NCBI RefSeq assembly: GCF_001194135.2
Contig: NC_068993.1
Span: 42,807,765-42,871,764 of the forward strand
DNA from: Octopus bimaculoides
Lineage: Eukaryota
DNA: 64,000 nucleotides
Reading direction: 5' to 3'
Shown: one piece after another, positions 38,321 to 53,433 of the stretch
Layout of the letters: each line of letters starts with the position of its first letter
Numbering within the stretch: position 1 is the first letter of the stretch
Notes under the pieces: generated by a model
Seen by the model: the letters and a program-made list of their open reading frames with translations, nothing else
Database searches by the model: none
Told to the model about the DNA's origin: nothing
Program-made: the position numbers and the translations under genes

Positions 38321-39537
38321 CATATATACATTATATATTTATGTTTATATATATACATACATATATATATATATGCATATCCATATACAAAAGCATATAT
38401 GTGTGTAATTAAGCGAATACATATGCACCATGTGTATATCTTAAACATTCTACACACACACACACTCACAGACATACATGTACACTGACACGAACATATT
38501 CACACACGCACTCATTCCTCATATAAACACATACAAACAAACACACCCCGCACACAAACACATATATATTGTTTTAATTTCATACAGAACATAATAAAAA
38601 TTTGTGATATTGGTTATTGTAAGCAAGCGTGGAATAAAACAGAATTTTATTAAAAAGTTGGCCGAAAATATATATAAGCAAAAAAGGAAGTTTCCATCAT
38701 TTGAGAGTCCTATTATATTCAATATTAGTATTTAGTATTATAATACCATCGTGTAAGTTCCATCTTCAATTGGAATGTTAGAAGTTTACAATAGAGTAGA
38801 TGGAAAAAAGCAGAAATATGAGTCTAACGAAGAAAGATAACATACAAGGGTAGGGAGATGAGTAGACAGTGCGTACATAAATATAATGAAATATAGGAAA
38901 GTTTATATTAAAGTAGTTATGAGCGTTGTATGAATTGAAGATATTAATTATATTATCAGAGTTAAACCTTTAGACACGCTAAATATTGCATATTTTCAGT
39001 GCAGGCGCCATCAAGTGGAAAGGACATTTAATGTTTTGGCGGGATCAATGTGAGGTTATATAAAAGCAAGTAAACGAAAGAGAAAATGAAAGTTAAAATA
39101 ACGACTAGAAATGATCTTAAAACATTCTGAACAATTATTATTATTCACGTACATAAAGGGCTGACGTCTGTTTATTTATCTTTATACTTATTTGTTGGTC
39201 GGTTTTTAGTTACTATTGTCATTACTGTAGTGGTGAAGGTGGTGGCTGTAGTGGCAGTTGTAGTGATTATGGTGATGGTGGTGGTGGTAGTTATGGCGGT
39301 TGTAGTCGTGGTGGATGTTATAGTATTGGTTGTTGTTGGTGTTTTTTTTTTATTCTAGAGAGAAGATTAAAATGCTTAAAGTATTACAATATTTTTCCTG
39401 GACAATAATATATTTTCTAAGTCTACCAGTAATTTTTTTAACTTTGTATAAATCACTCTATAAGTTCAAAACTTTTGCGATTAAACTGATTGTCCAAATA
39501 ACTTCATCTCTGCACATGCATGTGTGTATGAGTGTAT

Positions 39538-39625
<88 letters not shown>

Positions 39626-39766
39626 CACTCTCTCTCTCTCAATGTGACTCTTTCTACTTGTGTGCGTCAGAAAGTAAGTGAGATTAATTGACGGAAAAAG
39701 GAATTAAGTCCAATGATTTATCGGTATATACATGTCTGAGAATTTTGTGTGTAATTTAATAGAACC

Positions 39767-39797
<31 letters not shown>

Positions 39798-39923
39798 CAT
39801 ACATACATACATAAATACGCGAATATATACACATGCCTATGCATATTATATGTGCAGAGGAAAATAGCTATATATGATGGGAGAGACACGGAAAGACAGA
39901 TAAACATACATACATACATACAT

Positions 39924-39954
<31 letters not shown>

Positions 39955-40096
39955 TATAGACAGACAGACAGACAGAGAACATACATCTACATATATATAC
40001 ACACACAATTATGCGAAAAATTGTATGTAAATATATATAAACATAATTAAATATAAGCGTATGTATATAATTGTGTGTATGAGAGTATAAGAGAAA

Positions 40097-40158
<62 letters not shown>

Positions 40159-40954
40159 GAGAAAGAGAGAGAGAGAGAGAATATTACAGATGGCTTCCTG
40201 ATCAACAGAAATTATAAGAACTGAAATGGTGAAAAATCCAAATACACATATGAACTGCACGCGCGCACACACACATGTATGCGCACCGGTATAAACAAAT
40301 ACGTACATATAAACATACCTACCTACCTACTTACATACATACATACATGCATACATACATACATACATACATACAAACATACATTTATTGCATCAGCGCC
40401 TATATGTTTGTGTTGTGTTGGGCGGCGGTGTGTGGACCGAAGTTTTCAATAAAATTATTAATCCCAGCCTAGAAAGTCGATTAGGTTATCATAGTGGTGA
40501 ACCATTCCGTTTATTACTTTCGAACCATCAGGCTAGTCAATACAATATAAATCAATTATTAGAAGAACCAACTAAATCTCTCAAATTATCCATTCAACAT
40601 AATTAAAAGCCTAATTAAAACACTACTTGTTCTTAATACAATTTATATTACGCTATTAATGTAGATCCCATCGGTACAATCATTGTATATTAATAGATTG
40701 TTTGTTTCCCTTTCGTTCTGAACCCCAATCTACTCCACATATAACAATGATTTTCTCTAAGGTCATTCACAGGGGATTCTCTCCCTTGACCGCATCAGTA
40801 TTATTACTGACCTCAAGTGAAGCCTTGACAGATTTTTGGATCAAATGAGTAAGAATGTTTATTCATCGGCTAAGAGTTGAATCCTTGTATGAGTGTTAAA
40901 TAAAACAGGTTTTCACCTAATATATCTGTTTATCGTTTCAGATAATTGACTGTA

Positions 40955-41095
40955 GAAACGCGTGGCCTAGTAATTAAGGTGGTGAACACAAGATCGCGGT
41001 TTCAAATTCTTGGGTCGAGCATCACGTTGTGTCCTTGGTCAAAATATTTCATTTGAAGATAATCTTGCCTGCTTGGCTGTAAATGAATACCAACC
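40955..41095 (+). mobile_element. SINE family A, diverged and partial
   Basis: CGCGTGGCCTAGT...GTTTCAAATTC...GTTGTGTCCTTGGTCAAAATATTTCATTT. Confidence 0.65.
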
Positions 41096-42458
41096 CGTTG
41101 CTAATGCACTTTCTCTCCCAATCGCCCTCTTTCTTTCCTTCTCCCCTTCTCTCTCTCTCTCTCTCTCTCTTCATTTCCCTCTCTCCAGCTTTCAAATCCT
41201 GGATATGCCGGGTCAAGTGAGGGAGAAATGAAAGGTTGTCTAAATCTGCTTCCAACTACATGAACATGTTACCACGCCTTAATTACTCGCGAATGAAAGC
41301 TGACTGTACTACTGGACTGTGGTGCAATTATGACTAGTTCAAAATGATATGATAAAGACACATTTAAGCAAATCGATCTGATTTGAGATGGCGGTTAACA
41401 GCAGTTCGACAGGTCTTACAAGTCAATAATAACGTAATAGATGACGAAATAACAAAACGCTAGATAGTGATGCTGACTTCCATGTACATATTTTGTGTCT
41501 CAACGGAAATGATTTGAGCTTTTGTCACCATGAAGTTGATATAATATGGTGAAAATGGTTCAAACCTTACCATAATCATAATAACCTGCGGTACCCAAGG
41601 ATATTCTACGGCGCATTTTGTGATAAAGTGTCAGCCATAAATGATGTCCCCACTCGGTAATAATATCCTATTAATTCATTTATAGCCCTTTGATTAATTT
41701 CCAGGAAATATTGTTTATTCGCTTCGCACATGCATTCTCTCTCCTAGTCTGTTTATTCATTCTGCATTTCTGCATTGACAATTCTCATCCTTTCCGTATT
41801 AGCTTCAGGTTCGTTGTTCGTCGTAAACTCTTCCTTTCACTCCCTTTCTTTCTCTCTTTACCTCCCTCCCTCCATCTCTCTCTCCCTCTCTCCCTCTCTC
41901 CCTCTCTCTATCTCTCTTCCTTTCTATCCCTTTTCTCTTACACACACACTCATGCTTTTACCATCTCATTTCACCATACGACAGAGATGTTTCACACCAC
42001 AGAGATGTATCATTAGCAGCTTAGGGTAACAGATTGGAAGTGAATGTTCTGTTCTTTGTGGCCAAGTGCCTCATACATGCCGCTTGCCTAAAATTTCAGG
42101 CTCCCCTCTCCTTACACCGGACAAGTGTACAGAATTTCTTTTCTGTCCATAACAAAATAGAAAATCAAATTACATGCTTCGTTAAATTTAGTTCTACGTA
42201 CCACAAATATATTTTTATACAAATCTGATTGTGACTGCAAATTCAGACAATACGAACCACTTATATAATAACGTTGATTTTAATTACATTACATATAAAC
42301 TTTCAAAATCAGCCGATTGAATGACAAAAAAGCTGCATTCATGCAATAAATAATTCAAATTTATATGTAGAAAACTATAAACCAGGATCTGACTCATCCA
42401 TTTCTATCTTTTATAGTTCTCCTCCTCCCCCGCAATTTTTGCATAAATGTATTCCTAT

Positions 42459-42500
<42 letters not shown>

Positions 42501-42768
42501 CTTTGTTCTTTTGTATATTTATAAGCAAGAGGATGTAGTCATATTGACAAATGAATTTTTTTCATCACGCCATTCTACTCTTGTTTCGTTTCGTAACCGC
42601 GGACAATACGTGTTACGCATGACCTGCAACGATCGTCCCAACGGTCACAATGTTTTATGCAAATCGTGAATATATAGACACAGAAATATGCTAATCAATT
42701 AGTAAATGTAATTAATTGTGTGAACATCGAAAATGGGAAAATCATTAGTCATGATGAAACAAAGTTTT

Positions 42769-42804
<36 letters not shown>

Positions 42805-43084
42805 NNNNNNNNNNNNNNNNNNNNNNNNNNNNNNNNNNNNNNNNNNNNNNNNNNNNNNNNNNNNNNNNNNNNNNNNNNNNNNNNNNNNNNNNNNNNNNNN
42901 NNNNNNNNNNNNNNNNNNNNNNNNNNNNNNNNNNNNNNNNNNNNNNNNNNNNNNNNNNNNNNNATATATATATTAATGTTTCCCTTATGTTGTTGGGCGT
43001 TTAAGTTATAGATAAAAAAATTAACATTAAGCTCAAGAATTACTCTATTCTTATACCCCCCATACACACATGTACAGACAAACA

Positions 43085-43123
<39 letters not shown>

Positions 43124-44215
43124 ATATGCATACCATTCATTTAGACACATATATATATATATGTATGTATATGCACATACATAGATACGTACAGGCAGAC
43201 AGATAGACAGACAGGGGGACAAACAGACAGATATGCTTGGTCAAATGATTATAAAAAAGCAAGATCAGTTTATTATGGGAGGAAAAGATATTCCGACTTC
43301 CATACATGTATCGAAACTCACTCTTTGTACTGCCATTCTACATGCTATTTGGTTCTCTTTAATTTCAGCTTTACCGTTTGTTCTAAGACTGGTTCGAATA
43401 GGTACTGCTACTTAGTGTAATTGAATACCCATAAACTTTAAAGCCAACATAATTATCAAATTTTATTAATTCTTCTTTTAATTTCTCTAAGATATTTAGT
43501 AGCGAAGCCTTTTACAGCTTCGGTAATGGTGGCAAGTGAATGATAATTTTAAAGATAATCTAGCTGTCGACTTGTGCTGGCAACATTGTTAACGATATTA
43601 CTGAGACACAGAGGATTTCAGAAAGAATTTTATTATCTAACAAGTTTGCTAATGTGTTAAATATTTAGGTTTAATGCAATAAAGAGGAACTGTTACACAG
43701 ATCTGAGCACTAGATAGAAAGATGCACATCATTGGATGAAGAGTTTTAGAATAGCTTTGTTAATAACATTTCCAATCCAGTTAGAGACTATTTGTAAACC
43801 GAAGTTAGTAATTCTATTAAATTAAGAGCTAACAGTAATGAAAGAGAGCAAAGTTTATTGAAAAAGCAGATGAGAAGAGAAATTAAGAGGAGGGACGTTG
43901 TTTGCCAGAAATTTAAAAACAGGGAAATATGGAGGTATAAATAGGGAATAACAGAGAGAAAATGTAGATTAGAGGAGACGGGCATATATGACGGGTTTAA
44001 GCATAAGAAGTATATGAGGTAAAACGGAGAAGGAAGAATATTAAATGAAATACATGAAACATGGCTACTGAGAGAAAACTAAAGCAGAGGAATAAAAGAA
44101 TAAATGAATAAATGACCGAAAATTAACGAATGCATAAAATTGATACAGTAACAAAAAAATATAAAATGTAAATGCATGAAAAATTGAAAAGTCATATAAG
44201 TGAATTACTGATAAA

Positions 44216-44292
<77 letters not shown>

Positions 44293-44458
44293 NNNNNNNN
44301 NNNNNNNNNNNNNNNNNNNNNNNNNNNNNNNNNNNNNNNNNNNNNNNNNNNNNNNNNNNNNNNNNNNNNNNNNNNNNNNNNNNNNNNNNNNNNNNNNNNN
44401 NNNNNNNNNNNNNNNNNNNNNNNNNNNNNNNNNNNNNNNNNNNNNNNNNNNNNNNNNN

Positions 44459-44509
<51 letters not shown>

Positions 44510-45175
44510 AAAGCATATAACGCACACATATTAGATTCTGGCCAAAATCTGACCGTATATATGTATAGATACTCTCACCAAAGTGTTACCTAATTCATTG
44601 AGAATTCGATAAGGTTGTTCCAATGTTATTATTCCCATGGGTGACATAGATAAATATACACTGACATGCTGATGATTATAGCCAAAAGCGTTTGATTGAT
44701 GATCAAGGAATTCACTGCTCCAAACCAAACACCACAATTATACGCAGAAGGTCTTCTCCTAATTTATTGACTGTTCACAAAGGAGTTTGCATTTAATATA
44801 CTACCTCTCATATATTTGTCTCGCTTGTAATTCTTATGAAATATATTCGGCCACTTTCCACCATATACATTACTGACATTATGGATAATATTTCCCTATT
44901 ATATTTAATCAATCTTATATTTATTCTCCCGCCTACGTTTTCCATCTTTTCGGTTTCTACATTCATTCAATGATATACAGTTCTTATATTTTTCTTTCTT
45001 TCCGTATGTCGCTTTTTCTTCTGGTCGTAGAATTCCAGAATCACACTTTATAAATTAAGCATCTGGAATTTGAACACTTGTAGCTTAACACTGAAGAGAT
45101 CTACCTCAAGTCATATACATACATACATACATACATACATATACACACGCAAATACACACATAGACATACATACA

Positions 45176-45206
<31 letters not shown>

Positions 45207-45296
45207 CTTCATATCTTCTGTCTTCCACTTTTTTCAGTGATTGAACAGTAGTCATAGTTTGACATACCGATTTCAGTTCTTAATTTTTAATTTTTA

Positions 45297-45340
<44 letters not shown>

Positions 45341-45344
45341 CGAC

Positions 45345-45507
45345 CAGGCTTCTGTCAGTTTCCGTGTACCAAATCCACTTTCAAAGTGTTAACTGGCCCG
45401 AGGCTATACTAGCAGACGCTTATGCAATGTGACATGTTGTGGGACTGAACTCAAAACCATGATGTCATTGGAAAGCAACCTTCTTACCACATAGCCATGC
45501 CTGCTCC
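45345..45507 (-). mobile_element. SINE family C, 5' half
   Basis: TCAGTTTCCGTGTACCAAATCCAC...CTTCTTACCACATAGCCATGCCTGC. Confidence 0.8.
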
Positions 45508-45954
45508 CAGTCTATAGAGTATATGATTGCAAGTTCATAGAATCGGTAAACAATCGGACAAAACGTCCCTTCAGCGCTGAAATACACTGCCAGTTCTGTT
45601 TCCTTCCTTTAAAATATTTGCTTGCCTTGAACTCTGCAAATGATCGGCGTCCCGCTTAGATCTAATGTGATGTAATTTCGATCACTCATAGGCCATGGAA
45701 ACCGAGTGACCTCTAAGCCCTAGGGCTCAAGAAAAATCAAAATTCAAAATGTGTAGAGATAAGCAGACAAGGATAATTAGGTTGCATACCATAGAGTTAG
45801 AGTATTAATTGTTTTAAAATAATATTAATTATAATGCATATTAGAAAAAGACTTCATATTAATTTCCTATATATATATTTACACTGAGAAATAATATTCG
45901 GCTTACTGGTAGAGATGTTACAGCGAGAGGGGGACAAAATAGAAAGAGTAAGAA

Positions 45955-45996
<42 letters not shown>

Positions 45997-46066
45997 AGTA
46001 TGTTTCAAATTAATGTCATCAGAATATTACTATGAATCTCTATTACGTTTTATATCACCATCATCA

Positions 46067-46262
46067 ACCGCTGGACATGTCCCGAGTCTCAGAGTCGATT
46101 ACTCGGTTTCCATGATGTATTAGACTCCTCCGTCGCAGTGTCATTCATTTACAGCTGAGTGGACTCGAGCTACAGAAACAAAAGAACACAACGCATCAGC
46201 CGCTCCGGTAATCGAAACCACGATCTTGCAAGCAGACACGGTAACCACTAGACCACGCGATC
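46067..46262 (-). mobile_element. SINE family A, diverged
   Basis: TTTACAGCTGAGTGGAC...AGAACACAACGCATC...AATCGAAACCACGATC...ACCACTAGACCACGCG. Confidence 0.65.
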
Positions 46263-46469
46263 ATTGAAAATTAATATATTGCATTTCACAATTCATATTT
46301 TATTTCAGATAATGTATAACACATTGAAACTTCATTGTCCGGGCTAACTTCATTTGAAAATATCTCTGTTCTGGTGATTTGTTTTTTTTACAGATCATTC
46401 CTCCAGACTTAGTTTTATCATATTCTCAACTTTCTTTTATACTTAGTCGATCCAGTATATTACCAGATG

Positions 46470-46505
<36 letters not shown>

Positions 46506-47784
46506 NNNNNNNNNNNNNNNNNNNNNNNNNNNNNNNNNNNNNNNNNNNNNNNNNNNNNNNNNNNNNNNNNNNNNNNNNNNNNNNNNNNNNNNNNNNNNNN
46601 NNNNNNNNNNNNNNNNNNNNNNNNNNNNNNNNNNNNNNNNNNNNNNNNNNNNNNNNNNNNNNNNNNNNNNNNNNNNNNNNNNNNNNNNNNNNNNNNNNNN
46701 NNNNNNNNNNNNNNNNNNNNNNNNNNNNNNNNNNNNNNNNNNNNNNNNNNNNNNNNNNNNNNNNNNNNNNNNNNNNNNNNNNNNNNNNNNNNNNNNNNNN
46801 NNNNNNNNNNNNNNNNNNNNNNNNNNNNNNNNNNNNNNNNNNNNNNNNNNNNNNNNNNNNNNNNNNNNNNNNNNNNNNNNNNNNNNNNNNNNNNNNNNNN
46901 NNNNNNNNNNNNNNNNNNNNNNNNNNNNNNNNNNNNNNNNNNNNNNNNNNNNNNNNNNNNNNNNNNNNNNNNNNNNNNNNNNNNNNNNNNNNNNNNNNNN
47001 NNNNNNNNNNNNNNNNNNNNNNNNNNNNNNNNNNNNNNNNNNNNNNNNNNNNNNNNNNNNNNNNNNNNNNNNNNNNNNNNNNNNNNNNNNNNNNNNNNNN
47101 NNNNNNNNNNNNNNNNNNNNNNNNNNNNNNNNNNNNNNNNNNNNNNNNNNNNNNNNNNNNNNNNNNNNNNNNNNNNNNNNNNNNNNNNNNNNNNNNNNNN
47201 NNNNNNNNNNNNNNNNNNNNNNNNNNNNNNNNNNNNNNNNNNNNNNNNNNNNNNNNNNNNNNNNNNNNNNNNNNNNNNNNNNNNNNNNNNNNNNNNNNNN
47301 NNNNNNNNNNNNNNNNNNNNNNNTGTGTGTGTTTGTGTGTGTGTGTGTGTGAATAAGTTATGGTTTTTCTATAATTGTACTGGATTATAAGCAGAAGGAA
47401 GTCATATGCATATGCTTGATTGGCCAAACACGCTCTGCAGTATAAAATAAGCTGATGCAGAAATTCGGTTTGTATTCACAATTCAAACTTTGGTACAATT
47501 CTCCCATTCAATCAATTTTGGATTCCTAAAAACTCAATACTAATATCATATGAATGTCTTCTTTATAAAGACGGGTTCGTTTTCCCATGTGATTTTTGTC
47601 AAAGGTTAGCTTTAAAGATTTTAGTATATGAATTTCTTTGCGTTAGTTTTACCAATCTTGTTACAATTCCATCGCAAACACATCTCCATCCACAGACACA
47701 AAGACTTTACATTTCTGCTGCAATCCTCGTGATTGTTTTATCCAAAAATGCTATCACACTATGAGGAGGTGTGTAGCCAAGTGG

Positions 47785-48075
47785 AGCCAAGTGGCTAGGC
47801 TATTGCGCTTAATATCGAAAGATCGTGCTTTCAATTCCCCGGCCGGATATTGCATTGTGTATTGGGCGAAATATTTCATTTCACATTGTTCTGCAATCAC
47901 TTCGACATCTGACTTGCGACACACCATGCATCTGTATAGGCAATGTCACTTTGATGAGGAATTGTGCTAATGTACAGTACAAAAATTACATCACTATACA
48001 CAAATCATTTGCGCAGCTTGTACAGAAAGAGGCTGCAGGCCCTCATCTGTAGTCTACAATGGAAGAACGACCATC
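47785..48075 (+). mobile_element. SINE, family A variant with long middle
   Basis: Shares CATTGTGT..AAA.ACTTCATTT...CACTTCGACATCTGAC...AAACAAATC-like blocks with 16385-16640. Confidence 0.6.
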
Positions 48076-48118
48076 ACAGTTTCAACTCTATCAGCTAATT
48101 AATATTCACGTTAATAGT

Positions 48119-48447
48119 CGGCAAGCAAGTAGAATCGTTAAACGCCGGGCAAAAACCTTCACGATATTTCGTTCATCTTAACGTTCTGAGTTTAAATTCC
48201 ACTGGGAAAGATTTGCCTTTCATTCTTTGGGCATCGATAAAATAAGTACCAGCTCAACCCTGGGGACAATGTAATCATCTTATCCCCTTCCCCGAAATTA
48301 CTGGCCTTGTGTCGAAATTTGAAACCAATATTTACGCTTATAAAAAGACGATGAGCTAGCAGAATCTTAGCACGCCGGGGAAAATGCTTAGCGGCAATTC
48401 GTCCGTCATTTTGTTTTGAATTCAAATTCCACTGAAATCGAATTTAC
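48119..48447 (+). mobile_element. Two tandem SINE family B copies (48119-48330 full, 48348-48447 5' part)
   Basis: Both begin with AG(C)AGAATC.TTA..CGCCGGG. Confidence 0.75.
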
Positions 48448-48799
48448 TCCCGTTATGTCGTTAGGTCACAGAATGATCCCTGAGGGCTTGTTTGAGTAAT
48501 GTTATGTGACGATAGCGGAATTTTCTTCGAAGAAGTAGTATGCCATTTATTTTCTTTTGAAAATTTACTTCAAGATACGATGTTATTGTTACGTTCAATG
48601 GTATTCAGAATGTAAACATCCAAACCACACGCTGCAAAAGGTCAAAGCATGTTGTCCAACACTAGCGAATCCTTTTCTCTTGACCTGCACTTTAGTTCTT
48701 TTTAGTTCTTTGGAAGATGGAAAAGCAAAAGAATCTCGATATGTTTTCAACTCAGGACGTAAGGATCCGTAACAAAATATTTTGTCTCATACACTTGTA

Positions 48800-49112
48800 G
48801 ACCTGCCAATCAACCGTCCCTGATTGTGGACTTTACTTCCCCAACCTGAGAGAATGAAAAGCATGATCAACCACGGGCAGATTTGAATTCAGAAAGTATA
48901 GAACCGAAGCAAATAAAACACAACGTGTTGTTCGGTACTCTATTTCTACAGGTGCACTATCTTTGATTTAACTTCTTTATGTTGTCGACCTCTGAAAGGA
49001 TGAAAAGTAAAGTCGACCTCTGTGGGATTTGAACTCAGTACGTAAAGACTCAGAACAAATAGCATAAAGCATTGTTGCTGCATACGCTAACGATTCTGCC
49101 AGTTCACCGTCT
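48800..49112 (-). mobile_element. Two SINE family B fragments (48800-48935 degenerate, 48975-49112)
   Basis: GAAAGGATGAAAAGTAAAGTCGACCTC...GATTTGAACTCAG...CTAACGATTCTGCCAG. Confidence 0.7.
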
Positions 49113-49316
49113 AATGTAATAATTGGCTAAAAATACATCAATCCTTGTCCTTTATTGTAATTCTCTTTAGGGGTTGTATCCACCTTTATGGATGCTTTTA
49201 AAGCTTTCGCTGAACTGTTGTCATTACTGCTGTTGATTTCAGTGTTATTAACATTATTACTGTTTCTGTTATGCGGTTACATTTACATATACATATCTGC
49301 ATACGCGTGTTCGAAA

Positions 49317-49352
<36 letters not shown>

Positions 49353-50484
49353 TGTATGTATGTATGTATGTATGTATGTATGTATGTATATAGACGCACA
49401 CACACACACACATATATATTTATATGCACACACATATACATATACAAATGTAAGTATGTATTTAAAGAGAGAGTCTTGAATATGTTAATATTTGATGTTA
49501 AGTATACCCCTGTAGTATTTGGGGAGAATACATGAGAAGAGAACTCCAGAGGGGAAACATTTTCATATATACATAGGATTTCGAGGATACGAGAGAGGGA
49601 GTAAAAGAAACAGAGAGACAAGAAGCTGGAGTGAGAGAGAGGGAAATAGAGAGAGAGGGAAATAGAGAGAGAGAGAGGAATGATCCTACTTCAATAGGTT
49701 GTCGATAAGTTCAAAGGAATTTATATCCCAACGTGGACAGATAACAGAGGATTTCCTGGGAAATGCCTTTATATTCTAAGTGAACGAATTTTCTCGAAAG
49801 ATTTCAGCTGATCGCTAACACATATCATAAACTGAAATCACATAGAGATAATTACCATTATTGTTATGATGCCTTTTCCTTTGTTTTTGGTATTTATCTT
49901 CATGTTTTCTTGGATGACATTACTATCAATATGGCGTATTGTTTTTACTGTTGCTATCAATATAGCTTCCGTTCTTAGTTGTTGCACTTAGTCCCTAGTG
50001 CAAACTTTCATTACAACATTGACTTCTGAAGCTTTAATCTCGTTTTCGCTTGTTGTATTTCTCTTTGCTACTTATACGTGCCTTTTCCTTTATAACAATT
50101 GGTACAATGCTGAAATTCATCTCATGTGAGAATCCGTTACGCGAGATATTTAAGCTTACAGAAAGACATACAGTTTCTCTCCCCCCTCATTCTCTACTTA
50201 CATCACATCTCATTTCATCTCATCTCATCTCATCTCACTATATATATAAGGCAAGTTAATGAGATTAGATATAATTGTTGCACTCTTTATAATTACTGTT
50301 TCATAATTCGTTGGCTTTGCTTTCTGTTATTATATGTTGTGTTTCATATACGCTGTGCGCTGCCTTGGCCTGGCCTTGACAAAGGATAAGACTCTTATGT
50401 GTCACAATGTTCGTTCAGTTTTCAAATATGTGTGCAGTGGTTGTGTTTTGTGTATGAGTGTGTGTATGTGTCTATACGTGTGCG

Positions 50485-50537
<53 letters not shown>

Positions 50538-51222
50538 NNNNNNNNNNNNNNNNNNNNNNNNNNNNNNNNNNNNNNNNNNNNNNNNNNNNNNNNNNNNNNN
50601 NNNNNNNNNNNNNNNNNNNNNNNNNNNNNNNNNNNNNNNNNNNNNNNNNNNNNNNNNNNNNNNNNNNNNNNNNNNNNNNNNNNNNNNNNNNNNNNNNNNN
50701 NNNNNNNNNNNNNNNNNNNNNNNNNNNNNNNNNNNNNNNNNNNNNNNNNNNNNNNNNNNNNNNNNNNNNNNNNNNNNNNNNNNNNNNNNNNNNNNNNNNN
50801 NNNNNNNNNNNNNNNNNNNNNNNNNNNNNNNNNNNNNNNNNNNNNNNNNNNNNNNNNNNNNNNNNNNNNNNNNNNNNNNNNNNNNNNNNNNNNNNNNNNN
50901 NNNNNNNNNNNNNNNNNNNNNNNNNNNNNNNNNNNNNNNNNNNNNNNNNNNNNNNNNNNNNNNNNNNNNNNNNNNNNNNNNNNNNNNNNNNNNNNNNNNN
51001 NNNNNNNNNNNNNNNNNNNNNNNNNNNNNNNNNNNNNNNNNNNNNNNNNNNNNNNNNNNNNNNNNNNNNNNNNNNNNNNNNNNNNNNNNNNNNNNNNNNN
51101 NNNNNNNNNNNNNNNNNNNNNNNNNNNNNNNNNNNNNNNNNNNNNNNNNNNNNNNNNNNNNNNNNNNNNNNNNNNNNNNNNNNNNNNNNNNNNNNNNNNN
51201 NNGGGGAGTGTGGGAATCAAAG

Positions 51223-51265
<43 letters not shown>

Positions 51266-51291
51266 AAAGGAAAGAAACAAGGAAAGAAGGA

Positions 51292-51342
<51 letters not shown>
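51223..51342. repeat. (GAAA)n microsatellite
   Basis: Direct reading. Confidence 0.95.
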
Positions 51343-51343
<1 letters not shown>

Positions 51344-51624
51344 GCGTAACGGAAGCAGGAAGATATCGTTGCCTTTCTTGTTAATATCTTTAACTTTAGA
51401 ATTGATTGAAATATTTCAGTTTTATCTTTAGTCAGTATTGAAAATATATTTTAAAATACAGAGAAACCACAGTCTAGATTACAGATAATATTCTTTCAAT
51501 TTATCTCCATAGAACAACCAGTAGGTGTCTTTTCCACCTAACCATAAAACCCCACAGATCTTGGTATCTCTTTTCCTCTTCGTTGCTATTTCGTATGTCG
51601 TATATCATGGCGTATAAGATGCAC

Positions 51625-51794
51625 TGTGTTTCTTGTTTTTGCTTCCCAACCACATGGTTCCGAGTTCAGTCAAACTGCATGGCACCTAGGGCGTCTTCTA
51701 CTATGGCCTTAGGCCGACCAAAACTTTCTGAGTGGATTTGCTAGACGGAAACTGAAAGAAGTCCATCGTATATGTATATATATATGTATATATG

Positions 51795-51844
<50 letters not shown>

Positions 51845-52235
51845 TGTATTTCCCCTACCACTACGAATTTTCTTAAGCCACCGTCATTAACCTACGTGCA
51901 AGTAGGAAGTTTTCTCTCGTAAAATTAATGCCTGGAAGTTCGTTGTGACTTACTGCTGGATTGGGAACGGATCCATTTGATTTTCTTATCTGATTGTCAT
52001 TAACCTAAAGTCGCTGTAAGTCACATACATTTGATAACGTTTTTGTCACTACTTGACAACTAGGTGTTGGTGTGTTTACGCACCTATAGAATAGCGGTTC
52101 GGCAAAAAGGAACGGATAGAATAAGTACCAGGTTTTAAAAAAAACATATGAATACTGGGTGTCGATTCGGTGGACTAAAATTCTTCATGGTGGTGCCCCA
52201 GCATGGCTACGGTCTGATGACCGAAACAAGTAAAA
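51625..52235 (+). mobile_element. SINE family C interrupted by a 182-bp insertion
   Basis: 5' half at 51625-51770, microsatellite, then the 3' half split at CACTAC (51859-64 and 52047-52). Confidence 0.8.
51865..52046 (-). mobile_element. Unclassified 182-bp interspersed element, copy 1, with 6-bp TSD CACTAC (strand arbitrary)
   Basis: Absent from the other family C copies, flanked by CACTAC, and its reverse complement matches 53434-53611. Confidence 0.75.
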
Positions 52236-53433
52236 CATTAAATGCATAAATATACGCTGCTGAAAGTAGGGAGCGTCTAATACGCCCGTGCATCATTATG
52301 CCATCAAATACAATAATTTATACTGTTAACGGCGTAGTGGTAACGCAAGAACGTCACAAAATCACATTTGTCCACATTCTAAATCTGATACAAGTAATCG
52401 ATATTCGACACATCAATATATATANNNNNNNNNNNNNNNNNNNNNNNNNNNNNNNNNNNNNNNNNNNNNNNNNNNNNNNNNNNNNNNNNNNNNNNNNNNN
52501 NNNNNNNNNNNNNNNNNNNNNNNNNNNNNNNNNNNNNNNNNNNNNNNNNNNNNNNNNNNNNNNNNNNNNNNNNNNNNNNNNNNNNNNNNNNNNNNNNNNN
52601 NNNNNNNNNNNNNNNNNNNNNNNNNNNNNNNNNNNNNNNNNNNNNNNNNNNNNNNNNNNNNNNNNNNNNNNNNNNNNNNNNNNNNNNNNNNNNNNNNNNN
52701 NNNNNNNNNNNNNNNNNNNNNNNNNNNNNNNNNNNNNNNNNNNNNNNNNNNNNNNNNNNNNNNNNNNNNNNNNNNNNNNNNNNNNNNNNNNNNNNNNNNN
52801 NNNNNNNNNNNNNNNNNNNNNNNNNNNNNNNNNNNNNNNNNNNNNNNNNNNNNNNNNNNNNNNNNNNNNNNNNNNNNNNNNNNNNNNNNNNNNNNNNNNN
52901 NNNNNNNNNNNNNNNNNNNNNNNNNNNNNNNNNNNNNNNNNNNNNNNNNNNNNNNNNNNNNNNNNNNNNNNNNNNNNNNNNNNNNNNNNNNNNNNNNNNN
53001 NNNNNNNNNNNNNNNNNNNNNNNNNNNNNNNNNNNNNNNNNNNNNNNNNNNNNNNNNNNNNNNNNNNNNNNNNNNNNNNNNNNNNNNNNNNNNNNNNNNN
53101 NNNNNNNNNNNNNNNNNNNNNNNNNNNNNNNNNNNNNNNNNNNNNNNNNNNNNNNNNNNNNNNNNNNNNNNNNNNNNNNNNNNNNNNNNNNNNNNNNNNN
53201 NGTGCATCTCTGCATCACAGCTTGTTTATGTGTATGTGTATAAATTCAAGATCCATATTGTGCTACATTAACTCAGTAAGCTGTTAAGGTACTCTTGGAG
53301 TCGGTGATGATGACGGCTGCTAGGGATGTAGTTCTGGTGGTGGTGGTGGTGGTAGTGGTGGTGAGTGGAGGTGGGGTGTGGTTGTGGTGCAATGGATGGG
53401 GGGGGGGGCAATACAAGTTATCTAAAATTAATG

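Noticed and set aside
43450-44000. Possible very old LINE RT remnant on the minus strand
   Set aside because: Only faint motif echoes; not supportable by eye.
52213-52235. CTGATGA-CC-GAAAC-AA-GTA in a SINE C tail
   Set aside because: No stem I or stem II, and other family C tails read AAATGACTGAAAC; treated as chance drift.
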